DNA of 63,268 nt, counting the filler, from Ministeria vibrans ATCC 50519 (taxonomy: Eukaryota > Protista > Filasterea), in NCBI GenBank assembly GCA_943704425.1. It is 6 parts of 6 records of this genome, joined end to end, with 100 filler letters (N's around TTAATTAATTAA, not from the genome) between each part and the next. Parts side by side here need not be neighbours in the genome. Positions count along the whole stretch, not along the records: positions 35,919 to 49,358 come from CALSCP010001352.1; 5 more parts are not named here. One strand, written 5' to 3'. The notes below the pieces were generated by a model. That model had not been told where the DNA came from and searched no databases. It was given only the letters and a program-made list of their open reading frames with translations. A program made the position numbers and the translations under genes. Below are positions 35,919 through 48,646 of the stretch, piece after piece. Every line of letters begins with the position of its first letter. The first letter of the stretch is position 1.

Positions 35919-37365
35919 AGTCAGATTGTTCAGCGGGTTAAACGGCATGTGGGCACGACACCAGAAGTGCGGCTCGTGGTTTCTGATGTAGTCATGCGCC
36001 ACGACGCTCAGGTCCTTGATCGCTTGCATGGCTCGCTCAAAGTCGCCCGTCGTCGTTGTGTTGGCTGCGACCTGGAGCAGATTGATGACTTTCGCCTTCA
36101 TATCCTTGTCCCCAATGCCGGGCAGGGCCGCGACGTTGCGCTTGAAGTGCGTGAGGCAGTGAACGACATGGCACGTTGAGTCCGGGGAACGTCTCGTCGA
36201 TGGCGGCTGCAATGCTGACGCCCCGGTCGCAAAAGATGATGACCTCCCCACGCTGCTGCACCAGCTGCGTGTGCGACTCCACGAGCTGAAGGAGCCATGT
36301 AGCGTTGACGACCGTCTCGGACCCGACGATGGCGACGGCGAGAAGCACACGCGTTCGGTAGTATGTGCGTCCGACCACGACTGCGATACGACCGAGACCA
36401 CAGGAAACGACGTGTGGGCGACCTGGTGCAGCCGCGGGTACCGCGACTGCGCCCTCGCTGGCCGCTCCACTCTCGACCTCGCCGCCGTTTAACCGACGCG
36501 TCATCTCTTCGACGACAGTTGGCAAGCTCACTTGCGCCGTCTTGTGAGAGAAGTCGATCGTGACGATGCTCGAGAGCGAGCCATTTGCGACCATGCGCTT
36601 GCCCGCGCCAGTGAGCAGGGCAACGCGCTCGAATCGTTGTGCAGGCGGTTCCGCATCGACGGTTGCGCTGTCGTCGGCATTGATGAGCTCCAATGCGATG
36701 TCGTTGTCAGGGTCGCAGTCGTCAAAGGCACGAGCATACGCGACAATGCTGCCCCACTCCAGTGAACTGAGATGGTCACTGCGCTCCTTGGCGGCCAATG
36801 TGATCGCGCGCGCCATCGTCGCATCCGATGCTTGCACGCCCTCGCGCCCCAGTGCGAGCTGCAGAGCCTCCTTACGCCTCCCATGCTTGGTGGTGCGCAC
36901 AATGTCTCGGGCAATGCGCATCAACTGGCTGTCGCCGATGGACAGCCCGAGCATTTCTTGCCGCGTCTGGCAGTTGATCTCGAATGGGCACGCGTGCTGG
37001 GTGCATGACGACACGACCACCCAGTGGTCAGAGGCCGGGCGGTACCGAAGCGACGCGTAGAAGCGGCATTGGTGCTCCTCATCGTCGTCCTCGTCGTCCT
37101 CGTCGTCATTCTCGGCGCCACCGGCCGTACCGCTGCCGCGCAAAGAATCTCCCGCCACATCGGTGCTGGTCGAAGCGAACGTCTTGAACATGCGCGACGT
37201 GGAACAGCAGAACTTGAAGCGCTGCTTGTTGTTGTTGCGGGCGCAGAGCGAATGCCGCGACGAGAGGTAATCCAGGCGGTCCTTCGCCTCCTCAATGGTC
37301 TCCTTCTTCGCGAACGTCATACCCTTGTCAAAGGCAGCCATAGCGCGAAGAAGGGCGACCTGCAT
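35919..37365 (-). pseudogene. MULE transposase with a +1 frameshift at about 36184-36187
   Basis: IVTIDFSH (D1), LLAVAIVGSET..ATWLL, IIFCDRGVSIAAAIDETFP (D2), then in another frame HCLTHFKRN (CxxH) and W..AH. Removing one C restores ETFPDSTCHVVHCLTHF. Confidence 0.8.
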
Positions 37366-37958
37366 GAACAAATCGGTTTAGCTCAGGGTTGCGCGCCAAA
37401 ACGCAAAAAAAAAAATCAGCGCAACAAAAAAACTCACGTTGGCTTCGCCGTTGGCTGCCTCCCACCCTTCCGTGTCTTCCATGCTGGTCATTGATGGAAC
37501 CACGCACGAGGATGAACAATTTTCTGATGAATCTGATCTCAGTCATCTCACTGATCTGTGATCTGCATCATTCTGCTCTGCTGATGCCTGATCGCTGATG
37601 CACTGATGCGTTGATGCCTGATGTGGTCATGCCTGATCAGCAAGCAAGCCAGCCAAGCCAAGCATCATTCTGCACAGCGTCCGCACTTGGCATTTTGGTC
37701 ATTCCTGGCTGCGTATTGAGCCCATAAATGGCGCCCAAGTCGACTACTTGTCGCGGGCATGGTCCATGGACAGACATTCTGCAAGAGCAATCGGCCGTAT
37801 TCAATGCAGGGACAACTCGTTGAGTCACAGACTCAAAAGGGTGCAGTCTGCGAGTGGGGTGCAGTCTGCGAGTCGAAATTATGAAAGGGTGCAGTCTGCG
37901 AAAAAGGGTGCAGTCTGCGATTTAAAAATTTCAGGGGGTGAAGTCTGCGTTTCTCCCC
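35919..37958 (-). mobile_element. Mutator-like (MULE) DNA transposon, one end with subterminal repeats; truncated by contig end
   Basis: Transposase ORF plus five GGGTG(C/A)AGTCTGCG repeats at 37839-37949 that end in TTTCTCCCC, a G-rich terminus on the minus strand. Confidence 0.75.
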
Positions 37959-38712
37959 TAATAAAGTGAATAAACGAAAAATCAAAACTTTTTCTTGCCT
38001 TCTTGACTTGACAACGTATAACCCTTTAGCGAAAACAGTAAGCGCAAGTGATGTATGGGGTTGACGTTATGTGTGTTTGCGTTCATTTCGAGTGGCTTTC
38101 ATGGCCGTTTTCGCTTTTTTTTTTTGTAAAATCGTTTTTCGTGTCACGTACAAATTCTGCCGGACATTTGTCGCTCCCTTTAGCGTTATTGGTGTTTGGG
38201 GCGATGTTTATTCATTTGCCGTGGTCGACAGGGGCTGATGTGGTCGGGATTTTTTTATATTATTATGTGGTCGGAAAGAATTGTGCAATCAGTTTGTACC
38301 AATGAACACCTCAATCGGTAAGATTGCGCTGGCGGCAATGGCGATGATTTTTTGCCTTGGATATCCCGGATTCAATGGAATTTGAACCGTGCTGTGTCTG
38401 TAAGTAGCTCATGAAATTGTGTCCCTATCGTGAGAAAGCAGGCGAATTTGTGCCAAAGCTAGTCATAGTCTCACAGATGAGAGAATAGCGGCGAAAAATT
38501 GATGAGTGGGGTGGGGGTGGCAAAAGCCTTTTTTTTTTTTCAGAATTTAGAACAATGCGCTTCTCTTTGGCTCTTGCTGGCCTCGTTTGCCTTTTTTGCA
38601 CACCCGCTCTTTGTGTTGAGTTATAGAGAACTCTTCGAGGGAGCTCAGCGTTTTTTTTTCTCAGCGTTTTTTTTTTTCACAGCGTTTTTTTTTTCTTAAT
38701 AGGGAGTTGCCG

Positions 38713-41700
38713 ATGCGCGTCGTCTTGTTGTGCTTCTTGTTCCTGTCCGCCGCCCTTGCCCACTCTGATCCGCCTAAGCCTTTTATGAGTTCTAAGGACG
38801 CCCACGCGGACACGGTGGTGGATTGGGCGGATGACGGCTCGGGCGACCTGATGCGCTTGATGTATCGCGCTGAGAAGCGCGACACCGTGTTTGTCAACAT
38901 GGATCAACTCGCTCCGCACGTGCTCAGCGTTCACTGTGAGGCTTTGGTGCCAGGGCACGAAACAGCAACGCTCCGGGTGCTCGTCAAGGAGACCTTCGAA
39001 AATCTGTTTCCGACAGGCGCTTTCCTGCACGGCTCAGAGTCGTGGGGCTGCACGCACGACGTGACAGGCCACAGCAACAACGAAGAGCAGTATGCGATAC
39101 CCTTTCACGGCGTCATTCAGCGGGTTGAGCAGCTCGGCGAATTTCAGCGCCCGCTGCGCGCCGACGAACAGCGACCCAGCCTTGCCGCCATGGAGCGCGC
39201 GCAGAGCCAGATCCGTACAGCTCGCCCTGCGGCTGCACCTCTGGATGCCAGCAATGAGACACTGACGTTTGCGGTGTTTCTCTTGCACATTGAGCCAAAA
39301 TCGGCGCTTCATGCGTTCAAGAACCTGGACCTTCGCTTGCAGCGCCTTCGCGCCATCGACGGCGACGCTTTCGCCGACGCGCTGGCCAAGGCCCCCGCTC
39401 GTCGCGAGCGTGCCACGGATGGCAACACATACACTCTGGTGGACCGCTCGGGCACGTCGAGTGGCGAAAAGGGACTTTTCTCGTACACGGCGAATGCCCG
39501 CGCAAAGATCACCGCCAGCTACGACATTGAAGTGGGCACCAAATGGGCTTGGTCATCACCCTATGTCGCGGTCAAGAACATGAGGGCCAGCTTTCGTGGA
39601 GTGGCCTTGCTGGACGTCACCTGCGACTTCTCGTTCAAGTACACGTCCACGTCCACCCATGTTCAATCCATCATTCCGCGCGCCAACCTGCCACCGGCTT
39701 ACCTCACCATCCTCCTAGTCCCCGTGCCCATTACCCTTGGCGTCCAACTCGAAATGTCCTTCCTCTACAACATAGTCGTGGCCCTTCACGTTACCTCACG
39801 CTACCAAGTCTCTGGTGGTATCAGCACCGGCGTCGACTACGTCGCGGACGCCCCGGCTGGCGAGCAGTGGACGAGTTACCTGGACTTTCCCATGAAATCT
39901 TTCCTCGAGGGCCCCTTGCTGCGACCGTTCCAGGATGGCGGTTCAACCGCCACGCTGGATCTTGAGATGGGCCTCGTGCCGTCCATCTTTGTGTCCGTGG
40001 GCGTACCTGTGTACCCTTTCAGGAGCTCTACCATTGCTGATCTCAAGTTCAGCTTGTACGCCTACCTCACTGTTAACGCGATTCTACAAGAGAACTGCAA
40101 GGATATCTGTGGTGTCACACAAGTGGGTCGCTCCTTCAGGTATTCCACGGGCTATGGCCTCCGCTATGCCTACGGCTATGACCTTCTTTTTCTGTCTCCC
40201 GGCGGTGACGCCTACGGCACATCGCCGCAGTCGTGGCCCGCCGTGGAGTCCGAGGCGCCGCTGTCTTGTGCAAAGTGCAGCGGTTGTATGACGTTCTCCT
40301 CGACAAGCAACGAGCCGTGCTATGGGCCGTACGCCCAGGTGCGCCAGACGGCGGCGACGACGCAGTCGAACCAGGCTGACACAGGCTCCTTCACCCTCTG
40401 CATTGAGAGTGCCACCATTCCTGCCAGCGACGTGTATGTCTCCGTGCAGGTGCGCTCCACGAACCTGGTGCGCACTGCCACGTCGACGTCGACGTCGGTG
40501 CAAACCTGGTCTTGCGCGAACAACCAGAAAACGCTGTCGTCGTACAACTTCAAGCTCGACTTTTTTATCCTCTCCGCGTTCCAGCACGACGCCATCGGCT
40601 CTCAACCGGATACCCTTTTGGACTCTGGCTCGTGGACCCTTGGCTGCACCGACAAGAATGTCTGCCAAAACCTCGTTGGTGTGGTGACTGTCGCGTCCGG
40701 AACCGTCCGCTTGCGCTACTCGTTTGTCCCTGCGGGTGTTGCGACTACTGCAGGCGCCGGCAACACATTGCAAAAGTTGCCCAGCGCTGGACAGACTCTG
40801 CGAGACGTGCACTTGAGCGCAACGGGCATTACGGCGTTTGTGGTGCCCATCATATCAAGTGGGGTGGCGAGTGTGTCTCTCCACTACAGCCTTCCAGCTG
40901 GCGGGACCTTTAAAAGCGTCTCGTCGGGCTGTACCATACTTTCGACGAGCCCTCAATCGACAGGACTATGCGCCGGTGGCAGTTTGACCCGGGAGGCTGC
41001 CTGGGCCGTGCAGCGGCAGGCAAGCACAGGCTCCTTTGCTCTCGTGTGTCTCCAGAGTGACACTGGATCCCCCATTGTGCTGCCCGAGGTGTCCATTGTG
41101 CTACGTCAGGCGCCCGTGTCTGTCGGCTCGGCAATCAAGGTGCCGGTGACGCTGTACGCGAATGCCAACCAGCAAGTCTTCTTTGATGCTCCCCTCGTCT
41201 CCGAAGGCATCCAAGCCGTCTCGGTGCTTGTACACGCTGCTTGCGACAGTGGCGCTCCTTGGCTGCAAGCTCTTGCTCCCAACATGGGCATTGGGGTGCC
41301 GTGGGACGTGCTGGTCGAGGCCAAGGCGGACAACTTCAACAGCAAGACGGTCCATCTCACGGTGACACACGAGCAGATCGCTTCCAAGCAGGCAATCTTT
41401 GCACGTGTCCAGTGCCAAGGCAATGAGACTGCCCCTGCAGCGCACGTGGCGTGTGTGTGTGCCATCAGTAGTACGCGGGTGTCGACGTTGGACATCCTCA
41501 CGACGCTGCCGACCAGTACCAATCAGCTACCCTCGAGCCTCAAGCGCAGTGTCAAAGTTGAAAACGTGCTGTCTCCATCCAGTAGTGCCGTCGGGCTCGT
41601 CGTGAGTACCGCACCAGCCTGCAAGGGCTCCCCTTGCGGTGCCGGTGGCTATTGTGACACGAATGTCACCGTGCGGCACCTTCGGCGAGTCTTGTCGGCC

Positions 41701-44700
41701 GAGTCCCTTCAGAATGTGTCTTTCACTTTTGTGCCAACCGAGTCGGCGTCACAGGACGCTGTGCTGATTCTCCGTACAAATGGAGACTTTGGGGAGCCGT
41801 GGGAGTACATGAACGGATCCCTATGTACCGCGGGCCGAGCCTTTTGCCATACCATGAACTTTGTGTTCCGTGTGTCGCAGGCAAATCTGAACGGAGGCGA
41901 CTGCAGCTATCTTTCAGCCTTCATCACGATCCCAGCCGCCTTTCTCGAAAAGGGACGGCAAGTGTGGCTCGTGCTCACGGCAACCGCTGAGGTTGGATTC
42001 AACATTTGCAAGGGTACATTCGTGGACGCCTCGCTGACGTACGTTCCCGCTGCCTCCGTAGCATGCACCTGCTCGGAGGGCCACACTGGGAGCCGGTGCG
42101 ACACGATGACTGCCTGTGTCAATGCGAATCAGCTTTGCGCCACGGGCTATCAATGCCGCGCGGGCAACGTGATGGAGTTTCAAGCTGCACCTATCACAAC
42201 TACCACGATGACCCTCTCCATTCCGAATTCGAGGAACCCAAGTGGATCCAGTGGCACTTTACACCTGCGCACAAATGGCGACTTTAGTCATCCTTCAGAG
42301 TTTGTGAGCATAACCGTGTGCGATAACCAGCACTGCGTGTATGCTACTTCGCCGCTGGATCTGTTTGATCTGCAGTATCCCAACGACTGCATGTTCCTCG
42401 ATTCGCCAGGCATTCCGATTCCAGCAGTGATGCTCGGCACGGGGGTGCTGACAGTGTCACTGACATTCTCATCCGCGGTCGACACGAGCCGCACTGTGTG
42501 CAGTGATGCACTGATAATTGCTTCGCTTGAGTACACTCCCTCGGGCGGCTACTTCTGCGTCGCATTCGAGGGAGCCTGTGCATCAGGTCCGTGCCAAAAC
42601 GGTGGCATGTGCCGGCTGACCAGCAACGGTGCGCCTGAGTGCGTCTGTGGAAGGGGCTTTGATGGTGACCGCTGCCAGCAGACCTTGTCACCCGCTGTGA
42701 CCTGGGTGAGCAGCTCGACGTCGGCCCCTGCAACTGGCACCAACGCGGGCTTCCCACTCGAGCAAACCACCCCAGACGACTGGGAGGTGATGGTACCCAT
42801 CAATGCCTTCATGCAGACCTCTCTCACCGCCGCCCCCCTCATGACCCTTTCCGGGTGCCCGGTGCTCTCAGGAGCAGTCTATGCACTGGCCGTCGACACG
42901 TTCGCGGCGGTGAGGGGGCTCAAAGGCTTCGTGTTTAGCCCTGTACGTGGCCTTCGTATTGCACGGGTACTCCTGCCACGGACCACCAGCACGTCCATGT
43001 ACTATCGCGCCAGCGTTTCCTCTGCCGGGGGTGCGCGCTATAGGGTGTCTTTCGTTGGGATATCTGGGCCTTTTTCAGATTTGCAAAGCGGTGCACTTGT
43101 GCCAATCCCGCCGGGAAGCATGCACATTTTCTTTGAAATGGACTGGACTGCGACGTTGCCGTCCGCGGCCAGTGGGGCAAGCATTGATATGGATGTAATC
43201 ATCAACAATCCTGAGGCACTTGTCACCATTGAGCGAGGAGATGAAATCTTTTTTAGCCTTGCTGCTCACTTGGCCACGCTTTTGCCGGCGGCGTCGTATG
43301 TCGCTCGGAGCCGTCCAAGGAATGCCATGGTCCTTGTCAGCAACGCAACTGACAAGTTTCCCATGCAGGGCTCCTCCGCTCTCGTTCTCAGTGCGCAGGA
43401 TGCGGTCGGAGGAGTCATTGGCCTGTCGAACACGCCGAGTGTCGCAAATGTGTCTCTCGAAGTGGTGCCCGTAAACGCCTCGAGTGTGTCAGTATCCACG
43501 CCAAATCGAGACCTGTCAGCTGATGATGTTCGCTGTGGCTGGAGCATTACACTGCTCCTTTCCTCGCCGTTCGCAGGGGACCTCAACTGGCCGATGACGT
43601 TGATGATTCAGAACTCTGGTGTCCGCGCGGAGTTTTTTGATAGCTGGCGAACTCTGCAACCCGACCTGCAAAATACGTGGCATGCTGTTCTCTCAATGCT
43701 CAAAAGCCATGCCGTGCTCAACGCCACGGGTCCGACATTGACGATTTTTGCGCCCTCCATGCCCGGCTTTGAACAACTCTTGCCGTACGACCTGCAAGTT
43801 GATGTTGTCGCTTGCCGCAACTGCACACCATTTTTGATGGAATTGACTGCGGGCGTTTTGACTTTTGTGAGCAGCAGAAACCCGTGCTCTGGTGGTCCCT
43901 GTGGCACCGGTCTGTGTGGTGCTGTCAACTCGTCAACGTTTGTTTGTGGGGCCTCAGGCTCGAACTCGGGCGCTCTGGATCCTTGTGCGAGCAGCCCGTG
44001 CGCCAACGGCGGCACGTGCGGCGTGACGGACGGGTCGTGGCTGTGTGTGTGTGGCAATGGTTTTGCTGGAGCGACGTGCGAGATGGCCTCTGTGGATCCG
44101 TGTGCAAGCAGCCCGTGCTCCAACGGCGGCACGTGCGGGGTGAATGGAGCTGATCACGTTTGCATGTGTGCTGCTGGCTTCACGGATGCGACCTGTGCGA
44201 CAACGGTGGCAACACCGATGGATCCGTGTGCGAGCAGCCCGTGCTCCAACGGCGGCACGTGCGGTGTGACGGACGGGTCGTGGCTCTGTGTGTGTGGCAA
44301 TGGTTTTGCTGGAGCGACGTGCGAGATGGCCTCTGTGGATCCGTGTGCAAGCAGCCCGTGCTCCAACGGCGGCACGTGCGGGGTGAATGGAGCTGATCAC
44401 GTTTGCATGTGTGCTGCTGGCTTCACGGATGCGACCTGTGCGACAACGGTGGCAACACCGATGGATCCGTGTGCGAGCAGCCCGTGCTCCAACGGCGGCA
44501 CGTGCGGTGTGACGGACGGGTCGTGGCTCTGTGTGTGTGGCAATGGTTTTGCTGGAGCGACGTGCGAGATGGCCTCTGTGGATCTGTGTGCGAGCAGCCC
44601 GTGCTCCAACGGCGGCACGTGCGGCGTGACGGACGGGTCGTGGCTGTGTGTGTGTGGCAATGGTTTTGCTGGAGCGACGTGCGAGATGGCCTCTGTGGAT

Positions 44701-46037
44701 CCGTGTGCAAGCAGCCCGTGCTCCAACGGCGGCACGTGCGGGGTGAATGGAGCTGATCACGTTTGCATGTGTGCTGCTGGCTTCACGGATGCGACCTGTG
44801 CGACAACGGTGGCAACACCGATGGATCCGTGTGCGAGCAGCCCGTGCTCCAACGGCGGCACGTGCGGTGTGACGGACGGGTCGTGGCTCTGTGTGTGTGG
44901 CCNNNNNNNNNNNNNNNNNNNNNNNNNNNNNNNNNNNNNNNNNNNNNNNNNNNNNNNNNNNNNNNNNNNNNNNNNNNNNNNNNNNNNNNNNNNNNNNNNN
45001 NNNNNNNNNNNNNNNNNNNNNNNNNNNNTGCGACCTGTGCGACAACGGTGGCAACACCGATGGATCCGTGTGCGAGCAGCCCGTGCTCCAACGGCGGCAC
45101 GTGCGGTGTGACGGACGGGTCGTGGCTCTGTGTGTGTGGCCGTAGCTTCCGTGGCACTACGTGTGCGACCGTGGATGTGTCGGGCGTGTGTGAAAGCAAT
45201 CCCTTCCCGTATGCCACAGTCATCATGATTCTGGCCACCACGGTGAACCAGCTGAGTGCTCAACTTCAGTGTGAGGTTGCCACTGCTGTTATGCAGCCGT
45301 GTGCCATGGTGGTTGTCGATCGCACGTTTTCTGCGAGCGCAGGCGTCGCGTTCCATGTCGGCTCGCCTGCGAACGACACTCTCACAGCTCAGGCGAGCTC
45401 GCTGGTGGCTGCTGGAGGGACCGTCGGATCTTTCTCGATCGTTTCATCCTCTCTGGTGCCCTCTTCTGCTGGTGTTGGCAGCGGAACCCCACTCGACAGC
45501 GACAGCGACGACTCTACCGGCATGATGGTGACCGTCTTAGGTGGAGTTGCCGGAGTGTTCGCTCTTATTAGCATCGTTGCTATTGTGCTGCTTGTGCGCA
45601 AGCGGCGATTTCATGGGCGACAACCCATTCTGCAGCACAAAGAGAGCATGAGCATTGGTATGGAGATGAGCAACTACTCGGGCACAGGTGAACTGCAGGA
45701 CGTGGCACCAACGCCCGACATATTCCTGCACATGGGCCGCACGGACATGGTCATGGCGGAAGACGTGGAAGCCGGTCCTTGTGCGAGTGGAGCAGTGGCG
45801 GTGGAGACGGACAAGGGAATGCGTGGTGGTCCGTATATGCAGGCTGTGCAGCCACCTGAGCGCGCCCCTTCTCGCCCGCCCCGCCCTGCTCCGCGACCAC
45901 CGTCGGCGGCGCCACGCTTGCAATCGCTACCGCCCGTCGATGATGCGCCTCCTCGTCCCCCTCGCCCCGCTCATCGCCCAGCACCTGCCCTTCTACCGCA
46001 CCGCCCGCCTCCTCGCGATCCTGGAGAGATCGAGTGA
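38713..46037 (+). CDS. Large intronless type-I membrane protein (~2400 aa): signal peptide, beta-rich ectodomain, EGF repeats, single TM, Pro-rich cytoplasmic tail
   Basis: Signal MRVVLLCFLFLSAALA. At least 12 EGF modules (DPCASSPCxNGGTC...CxCxxGFxGxxC). N-gap at 44902-45028. TM VLGGVAGVFALISIVAIVLLV followed by RKRR. Tail with RPPRP/PxxP motifs. Confidence 0.85.
43978..45140 (+). repeat. Near-identical tandem EGF-coding repeat, 243-bp A/B unit
   Basis: Alternating GVTDGSWLCVC and GVNGADHVCMC EGF units that are almost identical at the DNA level. The array is broken by an assembly gap. Confidence 0.93.
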
Positions 46038-46201
46038 AGAGAGAGAGAGACAGAGAGAGACAGAGAGACAGAGAGACAGAGACAGAGACAGAGACAGAGA
46101 GAGAGAGAGTGTGTGTGGATGTGTGTGTGGCATTTATGAATGAATACAGTATCAGCCACCGCCAATGCCTAACAGTATCAACAATGAGCTGTGACACCGA
46201 C

Positions 46202-46430
46202 CACTACCCGGCGCGACGGAAATTGCAACTTCGCAGCGGTGTTAGAGAATAAAAAGCAGATCTAACTCGCCACCGGGTTTAAAAGGGAGAATACTAGGGT
46301 GAGTTATCTGTTTGCGCCTCCAGATCTAACTCGCCACCGGGTTTACAGCAGAGAATACTAGGGCGAGTTCTCTGTTTCCGTCCGGAGACCTATCTCGCCT
46401 CCTGATCTAACTCGCCACCGGGTTTACAAC
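46202..46430. mobile_element. Putative CACTA/EnSpm-like transposon end with subterminal repeats
   Basis: CACTA at 46202-46206, three direct GATCTAACTCGCCACCGGGTTTA copies (~46259, 46323, 46404) and two inverted GGG(T/C)GAGTT copies. The other end is not in the contig. Confidence 0.45.
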
Positions 46431-46618
46431 AGAGGTAATCTACCGCCCATATTGCGGGCATATTCTGTGATCTCGCTTGATCAGAGCAGACTTATTTGCA
46501 GTGCCGTAGAAGCCCAAGTCTGGTGTATCCGTTGATGGAGAGAGATCAATCGGTGAGTGAGTTTATCGCGGAGGGGATTAAATTCGGCCCTTTGTCCCTC
46601 TCAAGGATTGCCAAAACC

Positions 46619-48646
46619 TTAGGCAAATATGAAAACGTCGCCAACATTAGGCAGTCCATCCCACTCGTTGAAAATGCGCGCAACCAGAAACGCCTGGTGG
46701 GTGTTGTCCTTGTCAAGACTCTGGAGTATTCGACGCAATGCCCTGACAGTGGTGAACGGCTGGCCATTGGGGAACGCCTTCGACTTGGGACCCAGCGCGG
46801 ACACAAGGAGCTGCGTCAGTCGCGTGAGTTTGCGAGTCGCCGACATGTAGGAGGGGTATCCGGGAAGGGAGCTCGCCAACATCTGGCGGGAATATCCTTG
46901 GACAGGCGTGACGCCAATCGGCGAAAGGTCGTCTGTCGGTGGAATGAGTTCGCCGCTGTTGCAAAAGTCACACATAACAAGGATGTTACAGCCTGGCCAG
47001 TCCATGTCACTCCGCAGGACGGTCTCGAGTGAGCGCAAGTCAAATCGTGAATTCGGCCCGCGGTGCTCAGCTGGCACGCTTTTCACCGGAGTCCGATACG
47101 TGTCGCTCAAAATGAGACCCCCGCCTTTGTCGAACACACCGTGTCCCAGCAGATGGACCACCAAGAGTGTTTCTCGCCCAGCGGAAGGCGGAACCTCCTC
47201 AACGAGTCGCCTTGCGGCAGCTACAATATCACTCTTTATCACGAGGGCAGTTTCAGAGTCGTCCATAACAGTCTCCACATTGAATCCTCGCCCATGCCAC
47301 AGCTTCTCCAGGGCGCGTACACTGGGACGGACACCCGGTAGATCGATGAAGTCTTCCAGATGCGGGTTGACCGATTTCTTCGACTGGTATCTACTTATGC
47401 CAACGATGAGCGCAGCGGCATAAGGGTACAAGGGTGCTACAGCAAACAAGAAGAGGGTCAATACAATAACTTCGCTCCTTTGAATACGTTGCGAATCAGT
47501 TGATTTGCTACAAAGAAAAAAACATTAGAAGCTGCTTCTGATATCCTAGTGTACGCGTACTAGCCATGGTGAAACATCCTCTGGCAGCGAAGGTCGGAGA
47601 GACAGTTACAAGAGTTGAAGACAGAGAAGTGGAGGCTGCAAACAAGAACGACGAAATTAATACTAGGCAAGTATTTCTTTGTTGGGTACATGTGGAGAGA
47701 AGGCTCGGGAAGGCAAGAGCAGTTGAGTTCAAAGCGTGTCAGGAGAGAGGATCCGATATTCACAGGCGATTCTGGGCCGACGCAACATTTGGTCCAGCTG
47801 AGGATATCTCCAAACAATGCTCCTAGTGAGTCGGCATCAAATATCGGAGACTCAAACCTTTGTGAGAGAAACAGCAGCAATATTATGATAATAAAATTAA
47901 TAACAAGACGTTATTATTATTATTATTACCGAATCAAGTTGAGTCGAGAGTGTCCATGCCTCGGACAATTACAAAGAAGTTTTAGAATCGCACTAACCAT
48001 TGCTGCATCTACTGCTGCTGTCGAGATGGCAAGGCACGAGTGATCGTCCGGGAGAGTGAGGGGATTGGCGGTAAAGGACACAGTGGTGTAGGAGTGCAGC
48101 GCAGCATGAAGCGGACCCAAGAGATTTTCAGGGATCGGGTCCACTTGATCATTTTCTTCCAATCTGCCAGCCATTATGATTGCGATTAGCGCGAGTGACA
48201 CGTTGTTACAAGCGCCCTACTCGGAGTAAAAGAGAATGACAAACTGAAACCTCGAAACACAATCATACCAGGCTAACGCCATCAACGAGCTCAGGAATTC
48301 GGACGTTGGGGTTTTCTGACGAAAAGAGGGGCATCGAGTGGATATTGCTATTGTTGGCAACGGTACCACGCAACTGCCAGAGAATCATGTGACAGACGAT
48401 ATCATACTGTCCGTTGAGCAGCGCAACCGCTAACGGAGTCAAACCCGTTGTTTCAACACGTAGAGTTGCCAGGTGTGGAACGCGCAAAAGCAAGGCGAGC
48501 AGACAAGAAACACGCCCCATTCTCGCCAGTTCGTATGCGAGGTGTGTGCCATTCTCGCGACTCGTCGCGGTGAGGTCACTTTTAGTCGCCTTTTTGATTT
48601 TCTGGACGAATTTCGTCGAGTCGCTGTTCAGAGTGTCGAAAAGATG
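46619..48646 (-). CDS. Caspase-superfamily (C14, metacaspase/orthocaspase-like) protease, probably fused to upstream ankyrin repeats
   Basis: Terminal exon 47436-46619 has ALIVGISRY, DLPG, catalytic HLLGHG and MCDFCNSG. Upstream exon 48646-48269 encodes two ankyrin-like units (NGTHLAYELARMGRVSCLLALL; TGLTPLAVALLNGQYDIVCHMI). The intervening exons and the 5' end are uncertain. Confidence 0.72.

Noticed and set aside
46257-46428. CRISPR-like spaced repeats
   Set aside because: Spacers resemble each other, there are only three units, no cas genes, and the context is eukaryotic.
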